64,000 nucleotides of DNA from Hormiphora californensis (taxonomy: Eukaryota; Animalia; Ctenophora): positions 682,001-746,000 of the forward strand of contig CM035358.1 in assembly GCA_020137815.1 (NCBI GenBank). Reading direction: 5' to 3'. The notes beneath the pieces are model-generated. The model worked only from the letters and a program-made list of their open reading frames with translations. It did not search any database and was not told the origin of the DNA. Shown here piece after piece: positions 24,801 through 35,900 of this stretch (its first letter is position 1; each line of letters opens with the position of its first letter). The translations under genes and the position numbers were made by a program.

Positions 24801-26978
24801 GTCAAGCAGCGGGTAACACCTCTCCACAAGGAAACGGCACACCTTCTCTGTGAAATCCTCTAGTTCTTGCTTCTTAATCCCCTTGATCTTACTCTTACTC
24901 GGGCACTTCAAGCTATCCCACACACTACGGCCGGCAGTCAAACTTTTCGGGAAGGAATCCTTGGCACCAGCATGTGTAAACAGGTCGCGTACCAGGTCAA
25001 ATAGCTCGCCCTGTACTTCACCATAGACACTTCTTTGTACCCTTTCATCGCTATACACTCTCAGCCGGTCTTTGAAACTACAAGCAGAGGCTGTACTACC
25101 ACTCATAGCAGGAGAGATAGATATCTCACAATTAGAGAGATTCGCAGGCAGAACAGAGATAAGGGAGCTCTGACCAAATGTGATGTGAGAACTATAACAT
25201 GATCCCCTAATAATGCCCAACTCTACTATAACATGATCCCCTAATAATGCCCAACTCTATTATAACATGATCCCCTAATAATGCCCAACTATAACATGAT
25301 CCCCTAATAATGCCCAACTCTACTATAACATGATCCCCTAATAATGCCCAACTCTACTATAACATGATCCCCTAATAATGCCCAACTCTATTATAACATG
25401 ATCCCCTAATAATGCCCAACTCTACTATAACATGATCCCCTAATAATGCCCAACTCTACTATAAAATGATCCCCTAATAATACCCAACTCTACTATAACA
25501 TAATCCCCTAATAATACCCAACTCTACTATAACATGATCCCCTAATAATGCCCAACTCTACTATAACATGATCCCCTAATAATGCCCAACTCTACTATAA
25601 CATGATCCCCTAATAATGCCCAACTCTACTATAACATGATCCCCTAATAATTCCCAACTATAACATGATCCCCTAATAATGCCCAACTCTACTATAACAT
25701 GATCCCCTAATAATTCCCAACTATAACATGATCCCCTAATAATGCCCAACTCTACTATAACATGATCCCCTAATAATGCCCAACTCTACTATAACATGAT
25801 CCCCTAATAATGCCCAACTATAACATGATCCCCTAATAATTCCCAACTATAACATGATCCCCTAATAATGCCCAACTCTACTATAACATGATCCCCTAAT
25901 AATGCCCAACTCTACTATAACATGATCCCCTAATAATGCCCAACTATAACATGATCCCCTAATAATGCCCAACTCTACTATAACATGATCCCCTAATAAT
26001 GCCCAACTCTACTATAACATGATCCCCTAATAATGCCCAACTCAACTATAACATGATCCCCTAATAATGCCCAACTCTACTATAACATGATCCCCTAATA
26101 ATGCCCAACTCTACTATAACATGATCCCCTAATAATGCCCAACTCTACTATAACATGATCCCCTAATAATGCCCAACTCTACTATAACATGATCCCCTAA
26201 TAATGCCCAACTCTACTATAACATGATCCCCTAATAATGCCCAACTCTACTATTATAACATGATCCCCTAATAATGCCCAACTCTACTATAACATGATCC
26301 CCTAATAATGCCCAACTCTACTATAACATGATCCCCTAATAATGCCCAACTATAACATGATCCCCTAATAATGCCAAACTCTACTATAACATGATCCCCT
26401 AATAATGCCCAACTCTACTATAACATGATCCCCTAATAATGCCCAGCTTTGCCAAGTTAGACTGTTTTTCGCACGCCCCTACCTTTACAAATGTAAAGGG
26501 AGGGTTAGAACATAACAAGCCCAGCTCTACTATAACATGATTTGTTATGTTCTAACCCTCCCTTTACATTTGAAAAACAGTCTAACTTGGCAAAACATGA
26601 TCCCCTAATAATGCCCAACTCTACTATAACATGATCCCCTAATAATGCCCAACTCTACTATAACATGATCCCCTAATAATGCCCAACTCTACTATAACAT
26701 GATCCCCTAATAATGCCCAACTCTACTATAACATGATCCCCTAATAATGCCCAACTATAACATGATCCCCTAATATCCAACTCTATTACAGGCTGGAGGT
26801 AAAGTTGAGGATAAGGCAGCCTGTTGGTGGAGCCCAGTGTGAGATGATAGATATGAAGTGGCTGGTATTAGGACGATCTGGTAGAGCCCCTTCCAACCCA
26901 GCACCATCTCTTGGTGTTCCCCAGCAGCAACGAGCCGGCAGACCTAGCCCCAGCCCCCGGGCTGCAAGGCGAGGCTAA
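7660..26978 (+). CDS. CC2D1: Coiled-coil and C2 domain protein (CC2D1A/B, Lgd-like), many exons; large introns 11654-21004 and 23540-26791
   Basis: DM14-like repeats (AQGETSKARRYDRVVKQC, LKERGGKYRQTAL, KARRLGR, LMQRQTEYKHHAL) and C2-domain exons (YDRGFLK, EIHEAVTLLDGRKQTPTK|LEVKLRIRQP...KWLVL). Stop TAA at 26976-26978. Confidence 0.88.
8620..9088. mobile_element. TTAA-flanked foldback MITE (AG..CT termini, Kolobok-like) in a CC2D1 intron
   Basis: TTAA|AGTGAGAGTGGACCGAATCAG...TTCGGTCCACTCTCACT|TTAA, ~200-bp diverged arms. Confidence 0.8.
9340..10287. mobile_element. Large foldback element (arms ~445 bp, spacer ~60 bp) in a CC2D1 intron
   Basis: AAATCTTGGACAAAATTTG...CAAATTTTGTCCAAGATTT; internally related to 1593-2872. 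Confidence 0.85.
12953..20671 (+). CDS. Nested gene: 7TM receptor (adhesion/Methuselah-like GPCR) with a ShKT + LDLa + somatomedin-B ectodomain
   Basis: Signal peptide MRRLLFFLFLPALLA; ShKT (CVD..CQYW...C..TCELC); LDLa repeats (CDGIRDCSDGHDE, CDGVIDCPDQSDE); SMB (CACDPDCVARQDCCHDF); YKNYPCAVCN/YRNPYC Cys-rich repeats; seven hydrophobic helices in exons 19188-20240; Pro/Tyr-rich tail. One apparent +1 G at 19376-19379. Lies wholly within CC2D1 intron 11654-21004 on the same strand. Confidence 0.8.
15077..15333. mobile_element. TA-flanked MITE of the AAGTCGGATTTTTTGAA family (other copies 47224-47445, 59462-59683; a single end near 46501-46530)
   Basis: TA|AAGTCGGATTTTTTGAAGTTGTCACCCCC...GGGGGTGACAACTTCAAAAAATCCGACTT|TA. 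Confidence 0.8.
15965..17134 (-). CDS. Intronless type I membrane protein (389 aa) with a tyrosine-motif tail
   Basis: Signal peptide, N-glycosylation sequons, FN3/Ig-like beta-rich membrane-proximal segment, acidic stalk, TM (YVIAVLGTIVVILLAAITFLL), tail ending DYEELTSPLPDRAEYVEM. TATAAAA lies ~45 nt upstream of the ATG. Confidence 0.8.
   Translation of the reverse strand: MLLFLYFLQLLHVVYTNPIITEVCDLDQCNVASPGHGTSLQGGSLKSKSVLIPVGEGCTIWLNSTDDVNLRTASLMTKSLLLFNMSKSGATLTAFIRPEFTTVATHSLNESYLSAFRLHFGHDNFGIIYDNDIKSQRLNFSDNFRRYSFKVTEDIQSLQNTGWALSFSEGCSYLAICEQTCNKPKVELLQTSETNVTVIITSLDNVFVSWVVDDTKSFDMVEAGYKRNMTVSVGTTNQQVTITATSQITGEKVTKSIKLEKNWEEDDEEEDDEEDDGGEDPSPGPTEGDDKSHYKAKNYVIAVLGTIVVILLAAITFLLNRSRSPAGSNPHDMSSEPRLDVDPGSSRDQATFHGSTEPIVRDNYGEPDYEELTSPLPDRAEYVEMERRY
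17364..17440. mobile_element. 77-bp mini-MITE with 9-bp TSD (TTGGTWACGAAGT family)
   Basis: ATAACCGAG|TTGGTTACGAAGTCACCCCT...AGGGGTAATTTCATTACCAA|ATAACAGAG. Confidence 0.7.
17752..18093. mobile_element. MITE with subterminal AATTTAGGGCA repeats
   Basis: GGCAGGTCGGTAGAACTTCGACAG...CTGTCGAAGTTCTACTGACCTGCC terminal inverted repeats. Confidence 0.75.
23910..25190 (-). mobile_element. ORF1-only non-LTR retroelement inserted in the minisatellite
   Basis: Unique 1.28-kb block: short 5' UTR, ORF1, ~250-nt 3' UTR and (ATT)n tail at ~23905-23925; no endonuclease or RT sequence. Confidence 0.7.
24159..25106 (-). CDS. LINE (CR1/L2-type) ORF1-like protein, 315 aa
   Basis: Coiled coil followed by RRM-like NVIVYGL and C-terminal FISPDRSPEEREERRKLV motifs typical of LINE ORF1p. 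The first ATG inside the unique block is at 25106. Confidence 0.75.
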   Translation of the reverse strand: MSGSTASACSFKDRLRVYSDERVQRSVYGEVQGELFDLVRDLFTHAGAKDSFPKSLTAGRSVWDSLKCPSKSKIKGIKKQELEDFTEKVCRFLVERCYPLLDRLSNEVEDSERRLLDNQEEVIASQRALVDAQAQLVKLQCELLEKRDKEITAVQSTAEEEIKTFSSVLKKRCDTVLAPKRISTAISSATEDRISNVIVYGLCDGKSENNNDLELEVRRLFDHMGECTTNVWGMECLGRYKEGTDRPVNFRDRILSCKNSLKKSQDFSKTFISPDRSPEEREERRKLVADLRARKEAEPGKTFGIRGGKVVEVVI

Positions 26979-27563
26979 TAAAATATTTAGGAGAAGGCAC
27001 TTCTTGGGTTGAGCTACTGATTACTGAAGGACATATTAATTTCTTTTTTTCTTTACTCTGTTGACTGTGTGAAGATTTTGTATTTTAGACCAGGACTGAA
27101 CCGAACTGTGAGTGTGCACTGTGCAGTGTGTGGTGTTTTGTAAGTTAGTTTTGTGTAATTTTACTGTTAGATTAATTCAGAATACTGTGAACTGTGTGTT
27201 TTGAGTATTCGAAACAAGTTGTTACGGAGGTCAAAATAAATAACTTGTGTACAAAATAACCAAATAACAAACACGCCTCCAATTTCACAGCCACTCTGTC
27301 AGAGCATTGGCCTGACCCTATTCCGATCCAACACACTTCACTGTCCTAATTTCTACAAAGTACAAATTGTCTTTGGCCTTCCTGGAAGTTGGCAGGAGTT
27401 TGGAACCCATCTGCCAAGTTGAGTCCATGGGCAGAATGGAGCAGAATTCCAGTCAGAAGCACGGAAGAGACGTCAATTGTGTGCTTTAATCTTATCAAAA
27501 GCACCGCGCGTGCCACACATTAGTGCGCGTACTTCTGAGGGCTCGGGTGCGGCCAATTGTGGC

Positions 27564-30500
27564 TCACTCCGAGTCCGATCCAACAGGTCCACACGGTTTT
27601 GCCTGAAGAGAGAGGATGTTAGTTTTTACAGTGCTGGATAACTGAGATAATTAACATTAATTAGACACCAACGAAGGGAACTTACCGGACACGGTTTGTG
27701 TTGTTTAGAAGGGGGACAGTGTGCTGTTGAGGAGATCAGAATAACTGATCTGTGTCTCTTGTTGAAACGAACTTTGCCACACGAGGGACTACATCCTGAC
27801 CAGTCAGACCACGGTCCAACCTGAAGAGAGAATTTAATCAATGAATAAGAAATAGAGTTACTACGGTAAACAGAAAGTTTTAGGTATTTTGTCAGATCTA
27901 GACAGATATTGAAGCACGTACACTGCATGGTTTCGTTGGAGTATCATCATCAATATCGCTATGATCATCAAAATCCCCATTTCTCCCATCATTATCACAA
28001 CACCCTCTTTGTTGGATATCCTCGTCACAGTTCTCCAAGAGACGATATCTGGATTGGGAACAGTCATCTCCACACGAACTCCACTCACCCCACTCTCCCA
28101 ACTAAAAGGGAGGGAGTAGTGACATACTGATTGGGTTGGAGTCAAATCTAGAGGGAAGTTTAATACTTACTTCACACGCAGGTTCAGTTGTCTCTTCGTC
28201 ATCATAATACTCATCGTCATCATCATCATAGCTATCATTATCATCATCATCGTCACGATTATCGTCATCATCTTGACACGGGTTGATGTCCACACAGTCA
28301 CTAGTCTCACTAAGTTCAGGACAGCTCCTGCCCCCATTGATCTCGTCATAAAGGACAGTTCGGGATCTCTCTCTGACCCCCTGATCTCCGTGTTTGGGGC
28401 GACATGGAACACTGCACCCACCCCACTCTCCCCACTGGCTCACTGAACAGTCCAGGACACATTTGGGGTCGGAGGAACAGTCTCTCATCTGATAGGGGGT
28501 CATGTGGATTTGTTAGGGGATTAGAGAGGGGAACAGGGAATCTCGGCAAACATATTCTATTTTACAAAGCCTTACCTCAGAGAGTGGGTCTGGGCAGGAG
28601 ATAGTTTTTTGGGGGAACCCTATGTAGGCCCTGGTTCTTTTCTGAATTATCAGCGGCTTCGATTGAACCACCGTCCACTCCTCCCAATCCGATAGCTGTG
28701 CATGATAATAAAGCTAAATTGGTATATGGCAGGGGAGATGGTCACGAGGAGAGAGTTGGGGGGGGGAGAGAGATGGGTTGTCGGCTGGTGGAGGAGGGGA
28801 AGAAGGGAGAAGGGTATGAGGGGTCAGGAGGCCAGTCTTTATACTTAGCACTTACATCGCACTTTAGAGTCGTACATTCGCGAGGCATGGGTTTACATTT
28901 TCTATAGTCCTTTTTGTAGACGCAGTGTGCCCCTCCTGAAGCAGTTAGTGTTAGTTGTAACGGTAGGGTAATGTATTCCAATAAAAGGAAAGTTTGTACA
29001 TAGCATTTGAAATGCTATAGTATTATTGTGTTGATCTTCTACCGACCTACCGATACATGCATTCTAAAAAACTATGATCGGGTAACTCTCAGCAGCTGTT
29101 ATACCTCCAGATGGTTCCCGTTCGATGGTGCGGGTTCTATTTTGTATCAGGTCCTGGGCAGGGGTGTCATCCTTTCTACATGAGGCAGGGCAGGGTGACC
29201 AGGGTGACCACTGTGACATGATACAATCTACATCACACTCTCCTCCCTCACAATCCCTCTCCTGGGGTGTAGTGTTAGTAAAACAGGCACTGACTGTACA
29301 TTGCGCACCCGTCGGCCCGGTTCGAAGAGGACGGTCTTATATTAGACAAGTAAAACAGTACTTAGTACGCTTTTTTACTTGTATAAATCTGACCTTCGGG
29401 AAAAGTGAAAACAGTAAAAAGGACAATATCAAGAGTTTGTACCCTTTGCAGATACATTTTGTTATGAAATAACGCCTAGCTCAGATTCCCGCTGTAAAGA
29501 TCAACAAGGAATGAACACTAGAGAAAATGTGTTTTTGATATAATGCTGCTATTGTTATTTAATTTATCTGTCAACGATTTTATTGAAGATGAACGTATTA
29601 TTATTGAATAACAAACAACTCACCTCCACAAGAGAGGGGCATGGTTGTCCTCCATTATTGGGTTCCACTATGATATCCCTGACTCTGATCTGAGTGCTGC
29701 CTTGGGCGTGCCATCCTCCCCAGTCAGACACCTCACAGTCAACCACCATACACTCAACACCTGGTGAGAAATCAATAAAGTGGGGCTACAGGATTATACT
29801 CAACAGTTAACACCTAGGGGAAGTAAATCAATATTTCTAGAGGGGCTACTGGATAATACTCAACTAGGGGAAGTAAATCAATATTTCTAAAGTGGGGCTA
29901 ATGGATAATAAAGATGTAACAATCTAACTTGTTGCAGTTGCAACAATCCAACTATACTCTGCAGTGAGAACTACCTGTGTCGCAGGGTCGTGTCTCCTCC
30001 AGTTCTGGGCAGTACCCCTCATCCCACTGTTCATCTTTAATGATCCTCCTCTCTCTAGCCTCAATACCAATCCCACATTGAACACTGCACTCTCCCCAAG
30101 CACTCCACTCCCCTACCTCGCACCTGTAAAAATACAGGGGGTATTAGGAGATAGAAACAAGAAACTAAACAAGAGAAATGAGTAGAAGGGATTAGGAGGA
30201 AATGAGAGGTAGAAACAGCAAGTAGATCATACCTTTGGCATGGTGGAGGGGGAGGGTTGCAATCCCGATCTTCACTCAGCGATACAGCACAGCTACTGCT
30301 GTACACCAGTAATAACCTGGTTCTGTTTTGTGTGGCGTCCTCCCCACACGAGGGGCAGGTGGACCAGGAATCCCATTCAGATACTAGACAGTGGTTAGGC
30401 TCCACCTGATGGGGTAACAATTAGTTAGGTAGTGTTATATCATTGGAAACGGAACAAAATAATATAAAAAGGGGGGGGGTGTTATTATTCTGGATCAGGT

Positions 30501-32703
30501 GAAATACCTCACAACTCCAGATACAGTGTTCCTCTTGGTGCCAATCTACTGCATAGTCCTTCTTCCTCTCATCACACCCAACACCATCTCTTACCCTGAA
30601 CGCAGCTGTTAATTAGTTATACCATGTGTACTTGTTAATTATACTGTGTACTTGCAGTAGGATACAGTACACTGTATCACAATTCGGAAGGATACTGATT
30701 ACTGTGTAAGGGATTGCCTTGCTCGACCCTGTTTCACAGCTAAAGGAGGGTAAGAACGAGTAAGAGAGCGGATTACGGGTATCAGAATTAAGTTTCATAG
30801 TAGATTGTTGTAATATCACTAAACAGTAGCATGTACCTGTATCGAGTTGTTTTCATGTTGTCCATGTCTGTGATACCTTCCTCACACATAGGATCACACT
30901 CTCCCCACTCCCCCCACTCCCCACACCCACACATACACTCCTCCCTTTCCTCCCTCTCCCCGCACTCAGCTCCATCGGGGTTGGATACGATATCGCGGTG
31001 TCTCACTCGGGCCCTATAATCAGGACAGGTTCCCCCACACTCTCCCCACTCAGCCCAGGGAGATAGTTCACAGGGACAACTACCACCTTGACATAGCCTG
31101 AACTTGGCCATTGCTGTACACGATATATCACCTAGGAAAGGAGGGGGGTGTTATTGGAAATTAATTGGTATACTATGCGAGGGGTTAATTGGAAACTAAT
31201 TGGTCTAATTGCGAGGGGTTAATTGAAGGAAGGTGTGACCAGCATCTTACCTCGAGCAATGGTGCGGTATCGAAACTGAAGACCCGTCCCACACTGTACG
31301 TTACATCTTCCCCAACCTCCCCATGACCCATAAACACACTCTGTCTTCTCTCCCTCACACTCCTCCCTCTGCAGTAATGGCTTGGTGCAGGTTGTAGACC
31401 CCACTACCCGGTACCTAAACCCATCCCCTCCACAGTTTGTCCAGTCACCCACCTCTCCGTCGTAATGACAGCCATCCTCCTCTCTAGCAACATAATCACA
31501 ACTCGGCACAAAGGTTGTTAATCCGAAGTAGGATCGGAGGACATGTTCCTCGTATTCCATCTCGATACTGTTTAGATCTGACATTATATCATCAACCATC
31601 TCATCACCACTGGATGTGTGAGATTCTGTTTCATCACTCTTATGAGACATGTCATGTTCAAGGTGGTCCAGTGCGTTTTCCTCCAGTTTTATAGAGATTC
31701 TGTGTGAAACCATATCCTTTACTGCATCGGAAATAGTGTTCATATCCTTAGCTTTCGTAGTGTCTTCCTTCTTTTCTTCCTTATTTTTTCCATACCAAGT
31801 TTCTGTTAAAGTATCGGCAATCCTCTGGTACAAACTTTTCTCTTTCTCTTCGTTTTCACCCTCACAACAGAGCCTTGCCTCCTCCTCCACCTCACAGGTG
31901 TCCCTTTTTCTTGTTCTGCGGAAGGGGTGGGGGTAACTAAATCTGGCAATCTGCCAATACAAAAAACTAAATCTGGGGAACAAACATCACACTATATATC
32001 AGGGTAGACGTGTAGTTACCTAAATGATTCACCCTCGCATGTTCGACACTCTGCCCACTCTGTCCAGGGCGTAGCATCACACACACTAGATACGTCATGT
32101 CCGCCAGCAAAGTCCCTGACCTTGAAAGGTTCAGGACGGAGGCGGTGGCTGGCGGCACTCCCCGAACTTCCTACTATTTGTTTCTCCTGACAGTCACATG
32201 GCTCTCTCTCGTATACCCTGTAAGGAACTTGGTAAGGACCGTGTAGATGAGTGGAGTTGTTTTGTACAAACTCTAACAGTCTAACTTGGAAAGAGTGGAG
32301 AGGGAAAATTATAAAAACCGAACCTGGGGCAAACAAACTGGGGTCTAAGTTGGACGCGTGTCCTATCCCGGAATCTGTTGGCACAATCACACGTGCTCCA
32401 CTCCGACCAGGTGCCCACATCACACCGGCACTCGGGACAGAGGCGGGAATCAGTGAGGTGACCCCGGGAACACTGCCTCTCTTGCCAACAGTCCTCCCCG
32501 CACTCCGACCAGCCACCCCACTCTGCACAGTCTAGTGTGGAACCTGGAAATGTCGCTGTGTTAGCTCTCAATGTCCATATGTGGGTGTTGAGATTGGTGA
32601 AATACTGATACCCATATATATGGGCATGGTGAACTCACGTACCATCTGCAGTTGAGAAAGTGGCGAGTAAAAGGTGAAGTAGTGTGAGTGATCTGATTAT
32701 CAT
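27564..32703 (-). CDS. Secreted multi-thrombospondin type 1 repeat protein (spondin/hemicentin-like), many exons; 3' end uncertain
   Basis: Exon 1 (32703-32643) encodes the signal peptide MIIRSLTLLHLLLATFSTAD; more than 12 WxxWxxC...RxR TSP1 motifs in GT-AG exons; Asp-rich insert. Confidence 0.8.
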
Positions 32704-32978
32704 AGTGGCATCCTTGATGTGGAAATGTTATAGCCGTGAAATAGAGTATTGAATTGTGGATATTGTTTTTTTTTGGGGGGAAAAATTATTAAAAAGGAAT
32801 AGCAATCAAATTTATGTCTTCTTCCTCTACAGATAGAGCAGGTTATATTGTGGATATTGTACTATTTTGTGAGAAAATAATATGAACAATTATCATAACA
32901 CTATCAAACACTTTTTACACACTCTGTAAACATTCAAAACTCTTCAGTGACTGGTAGTTAGATCAGTTTCCACAGCCT

Positions 32979-35900
32979 TTAGACACCATCAGTAGCACTC
33001 GAGAAGAATGGATCAATCTGAAACCAGGTGAATATTTTTAAAGCAGAATAAGGGGACAACTGCTATTAGAAAAATAGAAAGAGAAAGAGATTGGAAGAAA
33101 AAACATCTGATGTTTTAAATCTTCTGCCTAGAGTGATGTTAATTATACTTGTACAAGGATATGTACATTACCTGTTTCACCTGTAGCCAGATATCACCGG
33201 TGGGCACTAGAAAGCTGCTGAAGTAAACCTTGAACCTCTCTAAAAGAACTCCATCCATCCAGTCTTCAACTGTACTGCTGGGCCAGTCTGAAAGGAATGT
33301 TATTACAACGCAATTTTTCGTTTAAATTTTACTTACTAATAATTCTGAATACGTGTTTATTTATTTATTTTTTTCCGTATCTTCCCCGCACCCATAGTTT
33401 TGCAAGGCAAACTAAACTGAACCCATCATGTATATTGAATAAATAAACTCGTTCCAGAATCTGATAATTAAGTTTTAGGGTTTTAGGATTATTAAGATAA
33501 ATCGAAGTTGTATACTTCCAGGTATCCTAATTTATGTTTGTTCAGCAGGTTATTCCTTTGCGTGACCACATCATAATGTAAATCAAGCTCCCGAAAACTG
33601 GATAGTTTTGACTCTTGATAAGATAAATCGAAGTTGTATATTTCCGGGTATCTCTATTATAATTTGGAGATGAACGACGTCGAAGTTTTTTCATCCGCTC
33701 TATATCAATAGGGTGTGTTTTCGAAAGCTCAGGATTAGCTTAGTCGATTAGAAAAAGAATTAATCTAATCCCAAGTAGGGTTTTTGAAAAAATCGACATC
33801 AAAGATCAAAAAACCACAAATGATAACCGGGTAGGAATGGGTGCTCCTTCATAAAACATTTTATGCGACATTTTATGCGACCAAAGCTCACACTTTTGGA
33901 ACTTCCAGTGGAAGTTTCTTACTATTTTCGAATGAATTTTAACAATTCAGTCCCCATAGTTACCACTTCAGTTGCCATGGCAACCGCGTTATTTCCGTTA
34001 AAAGTGGCAAAAACAACCACACGGCGAAGCCGTATGGGTTAACAAAAAGCCCTTACTTGGGGCGCACCCAATGGGTGCGCTATCTCTATTATAATTTGGA
34101 GATGAACGTCGAAGTCGAAGTCGTTCGTTAGGCGGTATCTAAGCGACAGTGCTCCTTCATAAAACACTCTATGTGCCCAAAGCTGTAAAGCTGTTACTCA
34201 CAGTTTTGGAACTTCCAGTGGAAGTTTGTGATTATTTTCAAACAACTTTTAACATGCCAGTCACCATGTTTACCAATTCAGTTGCCATGGCAACCGTGTT
34301 ATTGACGTTGAAAGTGGCGAAATGAGCCACACGGCGAAGCCGGGTGGGTTATCAAAAGGCCCTTACTTGAGGCGCACCCAATGGGTGCGCTAGTCTCTAT
34401 TATAATTTGGAGATGAACGTCGTCGAAGTGGCCGTTCGTTCAGCGGTATCTAAGCGACTGCTCCTTCATAAAACACTTTATAGGCACAAAGCTGTAAAGC
34501 TGTTTTTCACACTTTTGGAACTTCCAGTGGAAGTTTGTTAATATTTTCGAATGACTTTTAACAGGCCAGTCCCCATAGTTACCAATTCAGTTGCCATGGC
34601 AACGGTTTTATTGACGTTGAAAGTGAAAGAACCACCCGGCGAAGCCTGGTGGGTTATCAAAAACCCTTCCTTGAGGCGCACCCAGTGGGTGCGCTAGTCT
34701 CTATTATAAGTTGGAGATGAACGTCGAAGTGGTCGTTCGTTCAGTGCGTTTCTACGCGACAGGCTGCTCCTTCATAAAACACTTTATGTGCCCAAAGCTG
34801 TAAAGCTGTTACTCACACTTTTGGAACTTCCAGTGGAAGTTTGTTGATATTTTCGAATGAATTTCAACAATTCAGTTCCCATAGTTACCAATTCAGTTGC
34901 CATGGCAACCGTGTTATTGACGTTAAAAGTGGCGAAAAGAACCACCCGGCAAAGCCGGGTGGGTTATCAAAAAACCCTTACTTGAGGCGCACCCAATGGG
35001 TGCGCTATATGGAAAAAGAGAGAAATGAGGAATCTAGGTAAACGTATTAGGCCCTGAGAAACAAGGTTATATAGCTTGAATAAACATAGCTTGAATAAAC
35101 AAGTTAGATTTGGGGTCGTTCAAAGAAGTAACTTGTCTTAATTAATTTATAAATTAATTAGGATACCCGCAAATATATTAAAATTGAGATTTATAAAAAT
35201 CGAATTATGCATAAAGCATTCAGCTCGGTATAAAAATAGTCAATCCTTTCTTACTTTAATTGAACAGGTTGTTCTTCTAATACGTTGTAATAAATCATCA
35301 GGACTAGATTTGAGACGATCAGAGGTCTCTAATGTTCTGTCTAACAGTGGTCATCCGACTGTAATTGTCACAGCGTGACGTGTGCATTCGTCGTGAGAGA
35401 GACGTAAAGACTAAGGAGAGAGAAGAGTTGAAGCGTGACAGCATTTGCTTAGTGCGGTGCGTCTCTCTCATCTGGTCGAATTCCACGTCGGATCCCACGT
35501 CAGATTATGTCAGATGACCACTGTCTGGGAGAAGTTGTGTTTGCTTTGTGCCTTGTTGGTTCATCAAACTGACAATAGTCCATGTCATACCGTACATGCA
35601 ACTGTTGGTAACGAAGTTACCCCCCCCCCTTTCCAGCACGCAAGGGTTATTTCCTAACCAAAATGACTGTAACTTCGTGCACGCAGCCCAAGTTACGTAT
35701 GTTGCTTAAAGTCTATGTGGCCGTCCTTCTCAATCAACTACATATTCCATTTCAAAGAAAGTTGTTTTGACTGTTGCAAGTCTAAACATATTTCACATTG
35801 CTTTGTACTTTTTTGGTAGTATGTAACACCAATATCACCATTCATACAGGAAATGGCTTGTTTACGGTGGCTACTCGTCTTGGTGGTAGTAATCCCAGCG

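Larger units (their letters stand above)
23624..26788 (+). repeat. 34-bp minisatellite (AACATGATCCCCTAATAATGCCCAACTCTACTAT) filling the last CC2D1 intron, interrupted by two insertions
   Basis: Dozens of near-identical copies plus 29-bp variants; the final copy merges into the true acceptor CTCTATTACAG at 26791. Confidence 0.97.

Noticed and set aside
23624-26788. 34-bp repeat array as a CRISPR array
   Set aside because: Units are contiguous with no unique spacers, there are no cas genes, and the context is a eukaryotic intron.
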